Origin: Promethearchaeota archaeon
GTDB lineage: Archaea > Asgardarchaeota > Hermodarchaeia > Hermodarchaeales > Hermodarchaeaceae
NCBI GenBank assembly: GCA_048938295.1
Contig: JBHLMI010000004.1
Location: 91,082-123,081, forward strand
Direction of reading: 5' to 3'
DNA: 32,000 nt
Shown here: positions 8,348 to 17,933 of the stretch, piece after piece
How positions within the stretch are numbered: position 1 is the stretch's first letter
Layout: each line of letters begins with the position of its first letter
Made by a program: the position numbers and the translations under genes
Notes under the pieces: model-generated
Told to the model about the DNA's origin: nothing
The model's input: only the letters and a program-made list of their open reading frames with translations
The model's database searches: none

Positions 8348-9721
8348 ATGAAAAAGACAACTCTGATTCCACTTATGATTTTGCTAGGGTTTCTCCTTCT
8401 TAACGCCTTACTTGCTCCTGGTCTCATTTTTCGAGTGAATGAGCCAGCAAGTAGTCCTCGTTTGAATGTGAATGCACCGCCTACCCCCCAATCAACGCCA
8501 GATTGGATTGATGTCTATCTCGATGCTGAATACACCTTTGATAATGATTCAGTCATCATAAGTTGGACCGGGCGCCCACGTACAAATCAGGATTCGCCTT
8601 TCAACTCGTTATACAACTGGACGAAGGCGGGATATATTGATGGTGGCATTTGGGATGGAAATCCAGGTAATGCAACCATTCATGCTGTTGCGTGGGATAA
8701 CACGACTACAGCCTCTGAAGTCAGAGATTTCCTCAACCATACTATGATGACCTATGTACGGTATACGAGTTTCCCATCCTTGAGCATCTTCAACTTCACT
8801 GACTATGAGAACCAAACTACGTGGGCTTTCGATGATGAAATTGCTTCCCATGAAGAATTCCTGAACACAACCTTCTATCTCGTCAACAACGCGACAGGCT
8901 ATCTAATGGATGGGTTTAACACCACCGGAATCGCAGCAGGTCTCACAAGTTACCGCATACATCTTGAATGGTTTGAGAATGAACCTATTGCCAAAGTAAA
9001 CTTCACTTATACCATTGCAAATGTCATCGAAGCCCAAGATGACGCCTTCCTATTTCGACTAGGACGTGCTTTGGGTTTGACAGCACCCCTGAACCTAACA
9101 GGACAAGGGCAATTAACCATCCATGGTCCGTTCAATCGCGTCTATCTTGAAGGTTCTCCAGAGATAGCGTTTGAAGGAACCGTCTTTCCATTCTATCCAA
9201 TTGGTGTTGAGGCTTTTGGATTTTCAGATGAAACGTCAGAGTTTGATTATACAATTAGGTTCCAGGAAGGATCCTCTATTCTTTCTGTAACTCGTGAGTT
9301 TAGTACAACCACAATTAACCGAGGAGATCTAATCTCTGTACGAGTGGTTGTGGAGAACACTGGTAACACCATCTTCTCCCAAGCAACTGTGCGCGATGTA
9401 ATTGCCATTGAAACAGGCGTTTTCCAACTTGTGAGCGGATTGGCTTCGATGACTGCTTTCAACCTCCAACCCGGTGACAATGTGACCCTCGAGTATTCCG
9501 TAATGGCGCTTGCCTCTGGAGTATATGAATACCCCGCAGTTCAGATTGTGGGAATTGATGTTTTCTCGCAACAGTGTACGTTTACCTCATCAACACAGTC
9601 ACTTACAATCGGAAATGGCTTAACACCAAACGAAATCACGCTTATAGGATTGGGAGTAGGCGTCATTATCATCGTCGTTATCCTTCTGATTCTTTACCGA
9701 TTCCGACGACGTATCTTCTAG
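8348..9721 (+). CDS. Secreted, C-terminally membrane-anchored surface glycoprotein with a DUF11/Ig-like domain
   Basis: Signal peptide MKKTTLIPLMILLGFLLL (ATG 8348 preferred over 8258). 13 NxS/T sequons. Ig-like segment VTREFS...GDLISVRVVVENTG...LQPGDNVTLEYSV...GVYEYP. C-terminal TM followed by RFRRR. Confidence 0.7.
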   Translation: MKKTTLIPLMILLGFLLLNALLAPGLIFRVNEPASSPRLNVNAPPTPQSTPDWIDVYLDAEYTFDNDSVIISWTGRPRTNQDSPFNSLYNWTKAGYIDGGIWDGNPGNATIHAVAWDNTTTASEVRDFLNHTMMTYVRYTSFPSLSIFNFTDYENQTTWAFDDEIASHEEFLNTTFYLVNNATGYLMDGFNTTGIAAGLTSYRIHLEWFENEPIAKVNFTYTIANVIEAQDDAFLFRLGRALGLTAPLNLTGQGQLTIHGPFNRVYLEGSPEIAFEGTVFPFYPIGVEAFGFSDETSEFDYTIRFQEGSSILSVTREFSTTTINRGDLISVRVVVENTGNTIFSQATVRDVIAIETGVFQLVSGLASMTAFNLQPGDNVTLEYSVMALASGVYEYPAVQIVGIDVFSQQCTFTSSTQSLTIGNGLTPNEITLIGLGVGVIIIVVILLILYRFRRRIF

Positions 9722-9844
9722 CGTCTCACACACTTCAAGCAAACTCCAAGTCCTTCACGCAATCCCCAGTTGAGATACTAAGCATGATAGGGGCAAAGTC
9801 CTAAAAGCCCAGAGCCCCAACATCCATACAGGCGGTCGTTTGAT

Positions 9845-11200
9845 ATGCCACCAGAAGAACCAGCAGGTTATTTGGGGAAAGCCCAAAAAGTCCTAGAGAA
9901 ATCGAAGGTCCAAATCGGTGACCGTATATCTATTCAGACCTTGGACAATATCTTCGAGGGTATTGTGATTCCCCGCGCAGAGATTGGTGCCGATGATCAG
10001 CACATTGTCTTAAAACTTGATTCGGGTTATAACGTTGGTATCCACGTCGATAGAATCCAGCAGCTCAAACGCCTTAAAACAGGGAAACCCGTCGAACCCG
10101 AACTTCCAGCGATATCTCGGAAAATCAAGAAAGGATTGCCCTGGGTGAGTATCCTTAGCACAGGAGGCACCATAGCCAGTCGAGTCGACTATCACACTGG
10201 AGCTGTCAATCCTGCATTATCTGCTGATGACCTCTATACAGTCGTTCCTGAACTAGGTGACCTGGCCAACATTCGCGCTGATGTGCTCTTTAGCGAGTTC
10301 AGTGAGAACCTCACACCAAAGCACTGGACGACCATAGCCAAACAAACGGCAAAACACCTCGAGGAATCCGAAGGAGTAGTAATTGCGCACGGAACCGATA
10401 CCATGGGGTACACTGCGGCAGCGCTCAGCTTTGCCCTCCAGAATCTCCCGCGACCTGTTATTCTAACTGGCTCACAACGTTCATCAGACCGACCCTCCTC
10501 AGATGCGGCACTGAACCTAATGGGAGCCGTGATAACAGCTTCTCACGCCCCATTCGCTGAAGTCGTCTTGGCTATGCACCGATCACCGGATGATACAAAG
10601 ATTGCTCTTCATCCTGGAACCCAAGTTCGCAAATGCCATACCAGCCGGCGTGACGCCTTCTTGACCATTAACGCTGACCTTCTTGGCGAGGTCTATAATG
10701 GTAAAGTACACATGCTGGTTGATGATTCAGCTTATCGACATCGCAATTCGAAACGGAAACTTACCCTCCAACCAGAATTTGATTCCAAAGTGGCTTTGCT
10801 TAAAACCACTCCAGGAATGACAGGAGATCTCATAGAGTCTCTCATCGATCGTGGATATCATGGAATTGTGCTTGAAGGAACGGGACTGGGTCACGCCCCT
10901 GCCTCTTTACTAAAAGCCATAGAAAGGACACGAGAGGAGCAGATACCAGTTATCATGACCTCACAATGCATTTGGGGACGAGTCCAGATGCGTGTGTACC
11001 GAACAGGCGTAGAATTAGTACAACGTGGAGTGATTTCTGCCGAAGACATGATTGCTGAAACCGCTTATGTGAAGTTGATGTGGGTACTTGCCAAAACTCG
11101 AGATATTACCGAAGTGCAAACACAAATGAGAGCTAACCTAGTTGGGGAAATCACGGAGTGTTCCAAACGTAGCCAATACGATGAGATGAGCCACCTATGA
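9845..11200 (+). CDS. gatD: Glutamyl-tRNA(Gln) amidotransferase subunit D
   Basis: KLDSGYNVGI, STGGTIASRVDY, HGTDTM, GSQRSSDRPSSD, KCHTSRRDAF, EGTGLGH. Confidence 0.97.
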   Translation: MPPEEPAGYLGKAQKVLEKSKVQIGDRISIQTLDNIFEGIVIPRAEIGADDQHIVLKLDSGYNVGIHVDRIQQLKRLKTGKPVEPELPAISRKIKKGLPWVSILSTGGTIASRVDYHTGAVNPALSADDLYTVVPELGDLANIRADVLFSEFSENLTPKHWTTIAKQTAKHLEESEGVVIAHGTDTMGYTAAALSFALQNLPRPVILTGSQRSSDRPSSDAALNLMGAVITASHAPFAEVVLAMHRSPDDTKIALHPGTQVRKCHTSRRDAFLTINADLLGEVYNGKVHMLVDDSAYRHRNSKRKLTLQPEFDSKVALLKTTPGMTGDLIESLIDRGYHGIVLEGTGLGHAPASLLKAIERTREEQIPVIMTSQCIWGRVQMRVYRTGVELVQRGVISAEDMIAETAYVKLMWVLAKTRDITEVQTQMRANLVGEITECSKRSQYDEMSHL

Positions 11201-13104
11201 CCAAGATCAACTACGAAAAAGTAGGAGCCCTCATTGGCATCGAAGTCCATCAACAACTCGATACCCGAACGAAGTTATTCTGCAGCTGCCCTACAGAAAT
11301 CCGAGAGGACAACCCGGATTTCACTTTTCTTAGACAGCTACGGCCCACACAAAGTGAACTTGGTGAAGTGGATCCAGCAGCGCTATTTGAATTTCAAAGA
11401 GGTCGAGTCCATATCTATGAATATTATGACGATTCAATCTGTTTGGTTGAACAGGACGAAGAACCGCCCCATCTTTTAGATGAAGAAGCGGTGGATTTTG
11501 CCCTCGAAATCTCATTGCTCATGAATTCGCACCCTGTTGACGAGATACAGGTCATGCGAAAGCTGGTAATTGATGGTTCTAATACAACAGGATTTCAGCG
11601 AAGTGTAGTGGTGGCATTCGGGGGCTCGATCGAGGTGAATGGATTCACAGTTCCAATTCAAACCATCGGAGTGGAAGAGGATGCCGCTCGAAAAATCCGT
11701 GAAGACGGCATCCAAACCTATTGGCGGCTTGATCGACTTGGAATTCCGCTCATTGAAGTTGCAACCGCTCCAGTAATGAACACGCCCCAACAGGTTCTTG
11801 ATACGGCCTTGCGTATAGGTCAGATCTTTCGGGTGACCGGGAAGGTCAAGCGTGGACTGGGTACTATTCGACAAGATATCAATGTCTCCGTGAAAGGAGG
11901 CGCCATCATTGAAATCAAGGGTGTGCAAAAACTCAATCTCATCGGGCAGGTTGTCGAATACGAGGTCCAACGACAGTTGGAGCTGCTCAAGATCCGCGAT
12001 GAACTTAAAGAGAGGGGTGTTCGCAGTGTACAGATTAAGAGCATAATTCACGATGTTACTCCTCTTTTCGAACAAAGTAGTAGCAAGGTCATTAAGGCTG
12101 CATTAAAGCGGAAGGAAGGTGTTTATGCTCTTGTACTGCCAGAATTTGCTGGAATCGTTGGAAGAGAAGTACAGCCAGGACGACGGTTAGGCAGTGAACT
12201 GGCAGATTATGCCAAGTTCTGGGGAGGCGTACAAGGTTTATTTCACACGGATGAATTACCAAATTATGGCATCACTGCGGCTGAAGTGGCTGCATTGCGA
12301 AAATACTTGAAGGCTCAGGATGCGGATGCGATTATCATTGTGGCGGCCACTGAGACGGCATCCAAGGACGCGTTGAAAGCCGTCGCTGAACGGGCACGTC
12401 AGGCCTTGAAGGGTGTCCCCGATGAGACGCGAGGACCACTTGCTGATGGAACCACCCGTTACTCGCGCCCACGGCCTGGTGCCGCTCGAATGTATCCTGA
12501 AACGGATGTAGCACCTGTCGCCGTAACACCAACGCGACTAGAACGAATCCGACAGGGGTTGCCAGAACTCCCCGAGGAGAAGCTACAGAAATTCAGAAAG
12601 GAATACCACATGAGTGACGAGTTGGCAGGGATTATGATTCGTTCCCTGCGTATTGACCTTTTCGAAAATATCATCACCGAATATCCAGAATTAGCCGTGA
12701 CTGTAGCCGCAACCCTTGAAACGACGTGGCGGAACCTTGAACGTGAGGGAGTCGATGTTGAGGGAATTCCGGAAAAGCAAATTTTACTCCTCTTTAACCG
12801 ACTGGCGGCCGAACGGTTCGCCAAAGAGGCCATCGAAGAGCTTCTAACCTGGTTGGCTCAGCATCCTGAAAAGACTGTAGATGATGCCGTTGCAGCTCTT
12901 GGACTGGGAGTTATTTCTCGCTCTGAGCTGAAAAGCATCATTGACCAAATTGTGAAAGCGAATGCAGCCATGGTGGCTGAGCGGGGGGAAAGAGCTGTTG
13001 GTCCATTGATGGGGTTGGTGATGAAAGAAGTTCGGGGCCGTGCAGATGGAAAGTTAGTAAATAAGCTTCTTCAGGATGTAGTGAAGACCCAGATGAAATC
13101 ATGA
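11197..13104 (+). CDS. gatE: Glutamyl-tRNA(Gln) amidotransferase subunit E
   Basis: GIEVHQQL, KLFC, DGSNTTGFQR, EEDAAR, RLDRLGIPLIE, RGLGTIRQD, RPRPGAARMYPETD; overlaps the gatD stop (ATGA). Confidence 0.97.
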   Translation: MTKINYEKVGALIGIEVHQQLDTRTKLFCSCPTEIREDNPDFTFLRQLRPTQSELGEVDPAALFEFQRGRVHIYEYYDDSICLVEQDEEPPHLLDEEAVDFALEISLLMNSHPVDEIQVMRKLVIDGSNTTGFQRSVVVAFGGSIEVNGFTVPIQTIGVEEDAARKIREDGIQTYWRLDRLGIPLIEVATAPVMNTPQQVLDTALRIGQIFRVTGKVKRGLGTIRQDINVSVKGGAIIEIKGVQKLNLIGQVVEYEVQRQLELLKIRDELKERGVRSVQIKSIIHDVTPLFEQSSSKVIKAALKRKEGVYALVLPEFAGIVGREVQPGRRLGSELADYAKFWGGVQGLFHTDELPNYGITAAEVAALRKYLKAQDADAIIIVAATETASKDALKAVAERARQALKGVPDETRGPLADGTTRYSRPRPGAARMYPETDVAPVAVTPTRLERIRQGLPELPEEKLQKFRKEYHMSDELAGIMIRSLRIDLFENIITEYPELAVTVAATLETTWRNLEREGVDVEGIPEKQILLLFNRLAAERFAKEAIEELLTWLAQHPEKTVDDAVAALGLGVISRSELKSIIDQIVKANAAMVAERGERAVGPLMGLVMKEVRGRADGKLVNKLLQDVVKTQMKS

Positions 13105-13129
13105 ACCGACGCCTTCAGTACCTTGCGTG

Positions 13130-13747
13130 CTAATGAAACACTATGGTAAGCGCAACCAAGAGGATCGCAGTAACGACTCCTGCGAGCGCCATACGTAATC
13201 CCCCTGCTATCAGATTCGCCTTAGCGAAATGACCCATCCACAAGCCTAGAACAAATAGAAATACCATTGTAATAAACACTGAGATGATACCTGCTAACAT
13301 GAAATCAAAGGGGATAAGTATCAGAGGAACTAGGGGAAGTATAGCGGCAGGAATTGGGGCAAATCCGTGAATGAACGACGCCCAGACCGTGGCAAAGCGA
13401 ACCGCAGAATCCACCATACACCCGTCCAAGGGACGATGCAATTGCTGCTCAAGATTTTTGATTTCCAGCTTCCGTTCCATCCTTTCAGCTTCATAAGCAC
13501 CCCATCCACTTGAAATGGCTAAACCTACTGCAGCAGCCAATCCTGCACTAATGAGAATCTTCACGTCCAGTGGTTCAATTATCGCTCCGAATAGCATCAT
13601 GGCTGCAAGTGCACCTAAGACAATGGCAACAATGGTCAGTGCACCATCAAAAGCGCCAATTACGATATAACGGCGAGTCAGAGATCCCAAATCTGTTATT
13701 CGCCAATACAACTTCCAGCATTGAACCGTTCCCATTGAGTTTGACAT
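13130..13747 (-). CDS. VIT1/CCC1-like membrane protein (TIGR00267/DUF125 type)
   Basis: RRYIVIGAFDGALT, GAYEAERME and several TM helices. Confidence 0.75.
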   Translation of the reverse strand: MSNSMGTVQCWKLYWRITDLGSLTRRYIVIGAFDGALTIVAIVLGALAAMMLFGAIIEPLDVKILISAGLAAAVGLAISSGWGAYEAERMERKLEIKNLEQQLHRPLDGCMVDSAVRFATVWASFIHGFAPIPAAILPLVPLILIPFDFMLAGIISVFITMVFLFVLGLWMGHFAKANLIAGGLRMALAGVVTAILLVALTIVFH

Positions 13748-13868
13748 AGCTGTTTACCTGACCTGACATCAAATCGGCTTAAGAAGAAAGTAGTACTAGT
13801 TAATAGGTAAGCAATCAGAAAAAGGTTCAGGGTTTGCGGAAAAATCGAAGAAAGGATCTGAAATCGTG

Positions 13869-15368
13869 TTATAATTCCAACAAGCTTGGTATTTCGATAA
13901 GTAAGTGTCGAGTTTGGTTCCCCGTATTACGGTCCCGAATGGTAACCGTTTCGTCTTCAAGACTCTGCGGGTCAATTGTAACTGCCTTTGGAATTCCGAT
14001 TTCATCAGCTCGTGCGTACCGGCGACCAATTCGTCCACTCGCATCATAGAGAACATCAAGACCTTGACCTCTACATACTGAGTATAATGTTGTCGCCTTT
14101 TCTTCCAGTTCAGGACGGTTCAAAAGGGGTAGGATAACTGCATGATAGGGAGCAAGTTGGGGAGGTAGCTGGAACCAGGTCCATCCTCGCGTTTTATCTT
14201 TGGGTCGATAGGTGTGCTCCAGAATCGCATAGATTAATCGATCAATACCAAATGAAGGTTCAAGGACGTGAGGAATTACTTTCGCCCCTTCAAGGTCATA
14301 ACTTAGGTCTTTTTGGCTTCCCACCATATGGGATTTCAAATCATGATCCCGTCGATATGCATTCCCGATGACTTCCTTCCAGCCAAAACTCAAATGGACC
14401 TCTAAATCGAAGTTCCCCCCACTGTAATGAGGAGTCTCCTCAGGCCGCATATGTCGGAACCGAATTGCTTTATCCGGGATGCCTAATAACTTGAAAAATT
14501 CTACTTCATCGCCAAGGATACAAGCCATCCACTGATTCGGAACAAACTTCTTTTCGAAGGCTTCCTGGACGCTGATCTGAATCGAAGCAAAATCAGTGGT
14601 TGATTGTTCTGCAGCTTTTTCTTGGTTTTCCCGAGTTACGAAATTTATCGGAACCTGGGCTAATTCATCAAAAAGGGGGCACGCATCCAATTGGTTTGGA
14701 TCAACGAAATATTCGATTTCCATTTGCCCGAATTCTCGAACCCGCACTATACTCTGACGTGGTGAAATTTCATTGCGGTAGGAGTGCCCGATTTGAGCCA
14801 CCCCAAAGGGGAGTTTTGCCCTAAGAGCTGTTTGGATACGTTTGAATCCCAAGAAAATATTCTGTGCGGTTTCGGGACGAAGAAAAGCCTCACGATGTTC
14901 ACCACCAACACTCGTTCCAAACATGAGTCCAAAACGTTTCACTTCGCCTAAGTGATCTCCACAGATGGGACAACGTAGCTTCTTTTCCCGCACAATTGCC
15001 TCTAATTCCTCATTTGGCTTGCCCTCAGCAGGAATTTTCAATCGCTCTTCTATCAACTGGTCAACACGTGTAATGTGACCTTTGGAGCATTCAGCAGAGG
15101 GATCAGTGAAATGATCCAAGTGGCCTGAAGCTTTGAAAACTGGGCTAGGTAGAAGCGTATTCCCACTTACCTCGAAAACGTTATCTCTATTTTCAACGAA
15201 CCGAGTACGCCAGAGACGAATCAGATGATTACGGATTCTAGTCCCAATTGGTCCGAAATCATAGAATCCGGCAAGCCCACCATAGATTTCAGCAGTGGGG
15301 TAAATGATACCACGCCGTAGGGATACGGTCATTACTTCTTCGAGTAGCGAGTTCGTCATTGAGAACAC
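13869..15368 (-). CDS. glyS: Glycine--tRNA ligase (class II, alpha2 type)
   Basis: EIYGGLAGFYDFGP, LRPETAQ, YRNEISPRQ..RVREF.QMEIE, EPSFGIDR, IGRRYARADEIG. Start could be ATG 15359. Confidence 0.96.
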   Translation of the reverse strand: MFSMTNSLLEEVMTVSLRRGIIYPTAEIYGGLAGFYDFGPIGTRIRNHLIRLWRTRFVENRDNVFEVSGNTLLPSPVFKASGHLDHFTDPSAECSKGHITRVDQLIEERLKIPAEGKPNEELEAIVREKKLRCPICGDHLGEVKRFGLMFGTSVGGEHREAFLRPETAQNIFLGFKRIQTALRAKLPFGVAQIGHSYRNEISPRQSIVRVREFGQMEIEYFVDPNQLDACPLFDELAQVPINFVTRENQEKAAEQSTTDFASIQISVQEAFEKKFVPNQWMACILGDEVEFFKLLGIPDKAIRFRHMRPEETPHYSGGNFDLEVHLSFGWKEVIGNAYRRDHDLKSHMVGSQKDLSYDLEGAKVIPHVLEPSFGIDRLIYAILEHTYRPKDKTRGWTWFQLPPQLAPYHAVILPLLNRPELEEKATTLYSVCRGQGLDVLYDASGRIGRRYARADEIGIPKAVTIDPQSLEDETVTIRDRNTGNQTRHLLIEIPSLLEL

Positions 15369-15535
15369 ACACCAATGAAGGAACAGCGCACTATATTAAA
15401 GCCTGTCGCGTCAATTCATTGTTTTATTCCTTCCTGAATAGGCGCTGTCACCTCAACAGAGTGACGAAACATTTTAAGCAATATGTGGGAGTGGTTAACT
15501 AATGCTCACTGAGCGTACTTACCACGTTTGCCTAC

Positions 15536-16249
15536 ATGTGGGAAAGGTGTAATCACGAAATGTCACAGGAAGAATTTGGACAAATGTACTGGAACGGCGT
15601 CCGTGACGCCTTGCGCATGACCCAAACGTTCCTATTCTGGAAGGAAAAGAACCCCAACGAGAACCGCACAATTGAAACTTTCATTAGTGAAGCCCTCGAA
15701 GCCGTTCGCCAAAAATGCGCCCCTTGCTTGAAAGAAATCCTTGGTGTGACTTTTGGCGAAGATGAAGCAACAGTCGAAGAAATGCTGCCTGGCCTGCAAG
15801 AGATCGAAACCCCAGCTCCGGAACCTGAACTAGCACCCACCTTCGAACCCGCACCCGAGTTTGAACCAACCCCGGAACCGATTCCAGAACCAATTCCCGA
15901 ACTTGAACCAGAGCCTGAAGCTATACCACCACCTGTACCTCCAGTTCCTGAACCTGCTGCAGCCCCTGAAACCATTCCTGAACTAACGCCTATCGAAGCA
16001 CCATCAGAGCCTGAAGTCTTTCTAGCCGAAGAACCAGCCCCTGAACCGGAACCAACCTTTGATTTCGGCGAACCTGAACCAGCACCCACCTTCGAACCAG
16101 CCCCTGAATTTGAATCCGTACCCGAACCTATTGCTCCACCACCTGCTGAACCAGTAGCTCCTGCTCCAGCACCCGCCGAACCAGCTGCCGAAGAAGAACC
16201 AGCAGAGGGCGAAGAGGAAGAACCCAAACGGCGAACCTTCTTCTTCTAG
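15536..16249 (+). CDS. Hypothetical protein: small helical N-terminal domain with CxxC, long Pro/Glu-rich disordered tail, C-terminal RRTFFF
   Basis: Open frame with coding-like codon pattern; internal repeat with only synonymous differences. Start may be MSQEE. Confidence 0.75.
   Translation: MWERCNHEMSQEEFGQMYWNGVRDALRMTQTFLFWKEKNPNENRTIETFISEALEAVRQKCAPCLKEILGVTFGEDEATVEEMLPGLQEIETPAPEPELAPTFEPAPEFEPTPEPIPEPIPELEPEPEAIPPPVPPVPEPAAAPETIPELTPIEAPSEPEVFLAEEPAPEPEPTFDFGEPEPAPTFEPAPEFESVPEPIAPPPAEPVAPAPAPAEPAAEEEPAEGEEEEPKRRTFFF
15832..16114 (+). repeat. Two copies of a 34-bp repeat encoding APTFEPAPEFE
   Basis: 15832-15865 versus 16081-16114; four mismatches, all at synonymous third positions. 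Confidence 0.85.
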
Positions 16250-16310
16250 CTCCCCACGCTCTATTTACCAGGCGAAGTTCACAACGTTAATGCACATTAG
16301 GTTGACTGAA

Positions 16311-17411
16311 GTGAACTACCATCGACTGAAGACGATGGCTTCTATGCAACTGCATAGTCAAGGGCCGGTTCACAGGCGGCCCCACACAATGGCATATAGC
16401 CAAGGTGTCTCTCGACTTTCCGAGCAATATTAATGGCACCATTAAGGTCCGCATTGTACTCCCCGCATTCTGGACATCGAAACCGTGCCTGAGTGGGACG
16501 CACTCCACGTCGACCACACACGTGACAGGTGACGCTGGTATAGGCCTCGTTCACCAAGACCACTGGGATACCCCGCATCATCGCTTTGTAGATGATCATG
16601 CGTGTCAGCCGATGATAGGGCATAGTGCCGATAATTCTCTGCAGCCGTTTGCCCTTCGTCGTAGTTGTCCGCCGGATACCGGTAAGGTCACCCATCGCAA
16701 TCCATGCCATGGTCAGTTCAGCCAGCTCCACGATTTCCTTGCTTATCCGGTGGAGGACGGCGTCGACTCGCCGCTTCTCCCTGTCACGAAGGCGCTTGAC
16801 AACCCGCGTCAGGCCACGTTCTTGCAACCGCCGGCGTAGCCATGCGTGATGCCGTCTAATCCTCCGGACCTCTCGTCCGAGAAACCTTGGTCGTGTTATA
16901 CAGCTGTTTTGCAGCAGCACCGTTGCTGCAATGATACGCTCGCCAAGATCCACGCCAAGCACAGATTTACCTCTGCGAAGAGGCGGGGCATTAAACGTGA
17001 ACACCAAGTTCACGTAGAACTTCCCCTGTTTACGAAGCAGTTTGCTCTCGCTCAGTTCAGCGTCTTTTGGAAACGCTCTATGAGGGAGTATGGGGATACG
17101 GAGTCCTCCCCGTTGCCCATATACGCGGATTCGTAGGAACCAGAAGGTCTTTGCTTTGTGGAGGTCGATGAGGTCCTGCCGGAGAGAGAGGGGATACTCT
17201 TTCCCCGGTTTGGGTTGCTTGTAGTATCGTGCAGCCTGTTGACGGTTGGCGGAATAGAGCTTCACCCCTGTGTCTCCTTGAAGGAATCGTTGGAGGTTGT
17301 CATATTCTGCGTCCAAGAGAGCTCTTTTTCTCTTTGTGAGTCTGACCACGCCGCATTTGACGGCCAGCCGCATCTGCATACATTTGAGGTTACAACTTTT
17401 GCTAAAAACTC
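16311..17411 (-). mobile_element. Solo-tnpB IS200/IS605 (IS1341-like) element
   Basis: Right end on minus strand: GAAG-CCATCG-TCTTCAGT-CGATGG-TAGTTCAC ending at 16311. Left junction tentatively after TTGAT (17416-17412). Visibly GC-richer than the flanks. Confidence 0.75.
16342..17379 (-). CDS. tnpB: Compact TnpB RNA-guided endonuclease with rearranged RuvC-II
   Basis: RuvC-I VLGVDLG; RuvC-II position reads IAMGDL; VNEAYTS; zinc finger CHVC...CPEC; RuvC-III NADLNGAINI. Confidence 0.92.
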   Translation of the reverse strand: MQMRLAVKCGVVRLTKRKRALLDAEYDNLQRFLQGDTGVKLYSANRQQAARYYKQPKPGKEYPLSLRQDLIDLHKAKTFWFLRIRVYGQRGGLRIPILPHRAFPKDAELSESKLLRKQGKFYVNLVFTFNAPPLRRGKSVLGVDLGERIIAATVLLQNSCITRPRFLGREVRRIRRHHAWLRRRLQERGLTRVVKRLRDREKRRVDAVLHRISKEIVELAELTMAWIAMGDLTGIRRTTTTKGKRLQRIIGTMPYHRLTRMIIYKAMMRGIPVVLVNEAYTSVTCHVCGRRGVRPTQARFRCPECGEYNADLNGAINIARKVERHLGYMPLCGAACEPALDYAVA

Positions 17412-17412
17412 A

Positions 17413-17790
17413 TCAAAATAATTTTGAGAGCTGTTTTGCTGCTTGTTCCACCAACAGCAAAATCGCGCCTAAATGCTGCCGCTTAAACACCGCTACCAAC
17501 ACCATATCCTCATTCACGCCATGCAAGATGAGACTTCCGCCCTCCGTATCCAGGATAATTCGTGCGGGTGTCACGGTGAATAGCTTATCCGACAAATCCA
17601 CCGACACATTTAGCAATGTCGCCAGACTCGCGGAGAGGAAGGTTTCATCAACGTGGACCCGAATCCGAGCTGTCACAGGCAATCCAGTCTTCATTAGCAG
17701 CACAACGCCCACAAGCCCCCCAGCGCGCTCGTCAAACTCCTCTAGCACCTGCTCAACATCTTCCATCAGACGGTACGCTTCAGCAGTCAT
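17413..17790 (-). CDS. Roadblock/LC7 (MglB-like) protein
   Basis: Helix, then VGVVLLMKTGLPV, LSASLATLL helix, IILDTEGGSLILHGV, VLVAVF, and a LGAILLLVEQAAKQL terminal helix. Confidence 0.88.
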   Translation of the reverse strand: MTAEAYRLMEDVEQVLEEFDERAGGLVGVVLLMKTGLPVTARIRVHVDETFLSASLATLLNVSVDLSDKLFTVTPARIILDTEGGSLILHGVNEDMVLVAVFKRQHLGAILLLVEQAAKQLSKLF

Positions 17791-17886
17791 GCAAGCAACC
17801 CCTGAACACCCTAACCACCCAATCCTTGAAAAGACCTGTGGTTAGGAGTCTAAGTTAACTCCAAAAAACTACAGAGCTACCAACAA

Positions 17887-17917
17887 AGAAAAATGGTGTG
17901 TCGGAAAGACCCGACAC
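17887..17917 (-). terminator. Hairpin plus T-tract after thioredoxin
   Basis: 7-bp stem GTGTCGG/CCGACAC (17898-17917), followed on the minus strand by TTTTTCTTT. Confidence 0.6.
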
Positions 17918-17933
17918 CACGTAGAATCAACAC

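Noticed and set aside
11234-12833. Multiple 60-190 aa ORFs within gatE
   Set aside because: Fully nested in a conserved essential gene and lacking recognisable motifs.
15553-16227. 224-aa Gly/Ser-rich ORF on the minus strand
   Set aside because: Antisense shadow of the Pro/Glu-rich gene; the low complexity simply avoids stop codons.
16287-17845. Short ORFs around tnpB as a possible TnpA
   Set aside because: No HUH/Y1 or serine-recombinase motifs; they are shadows of tnpB or Roadblock.
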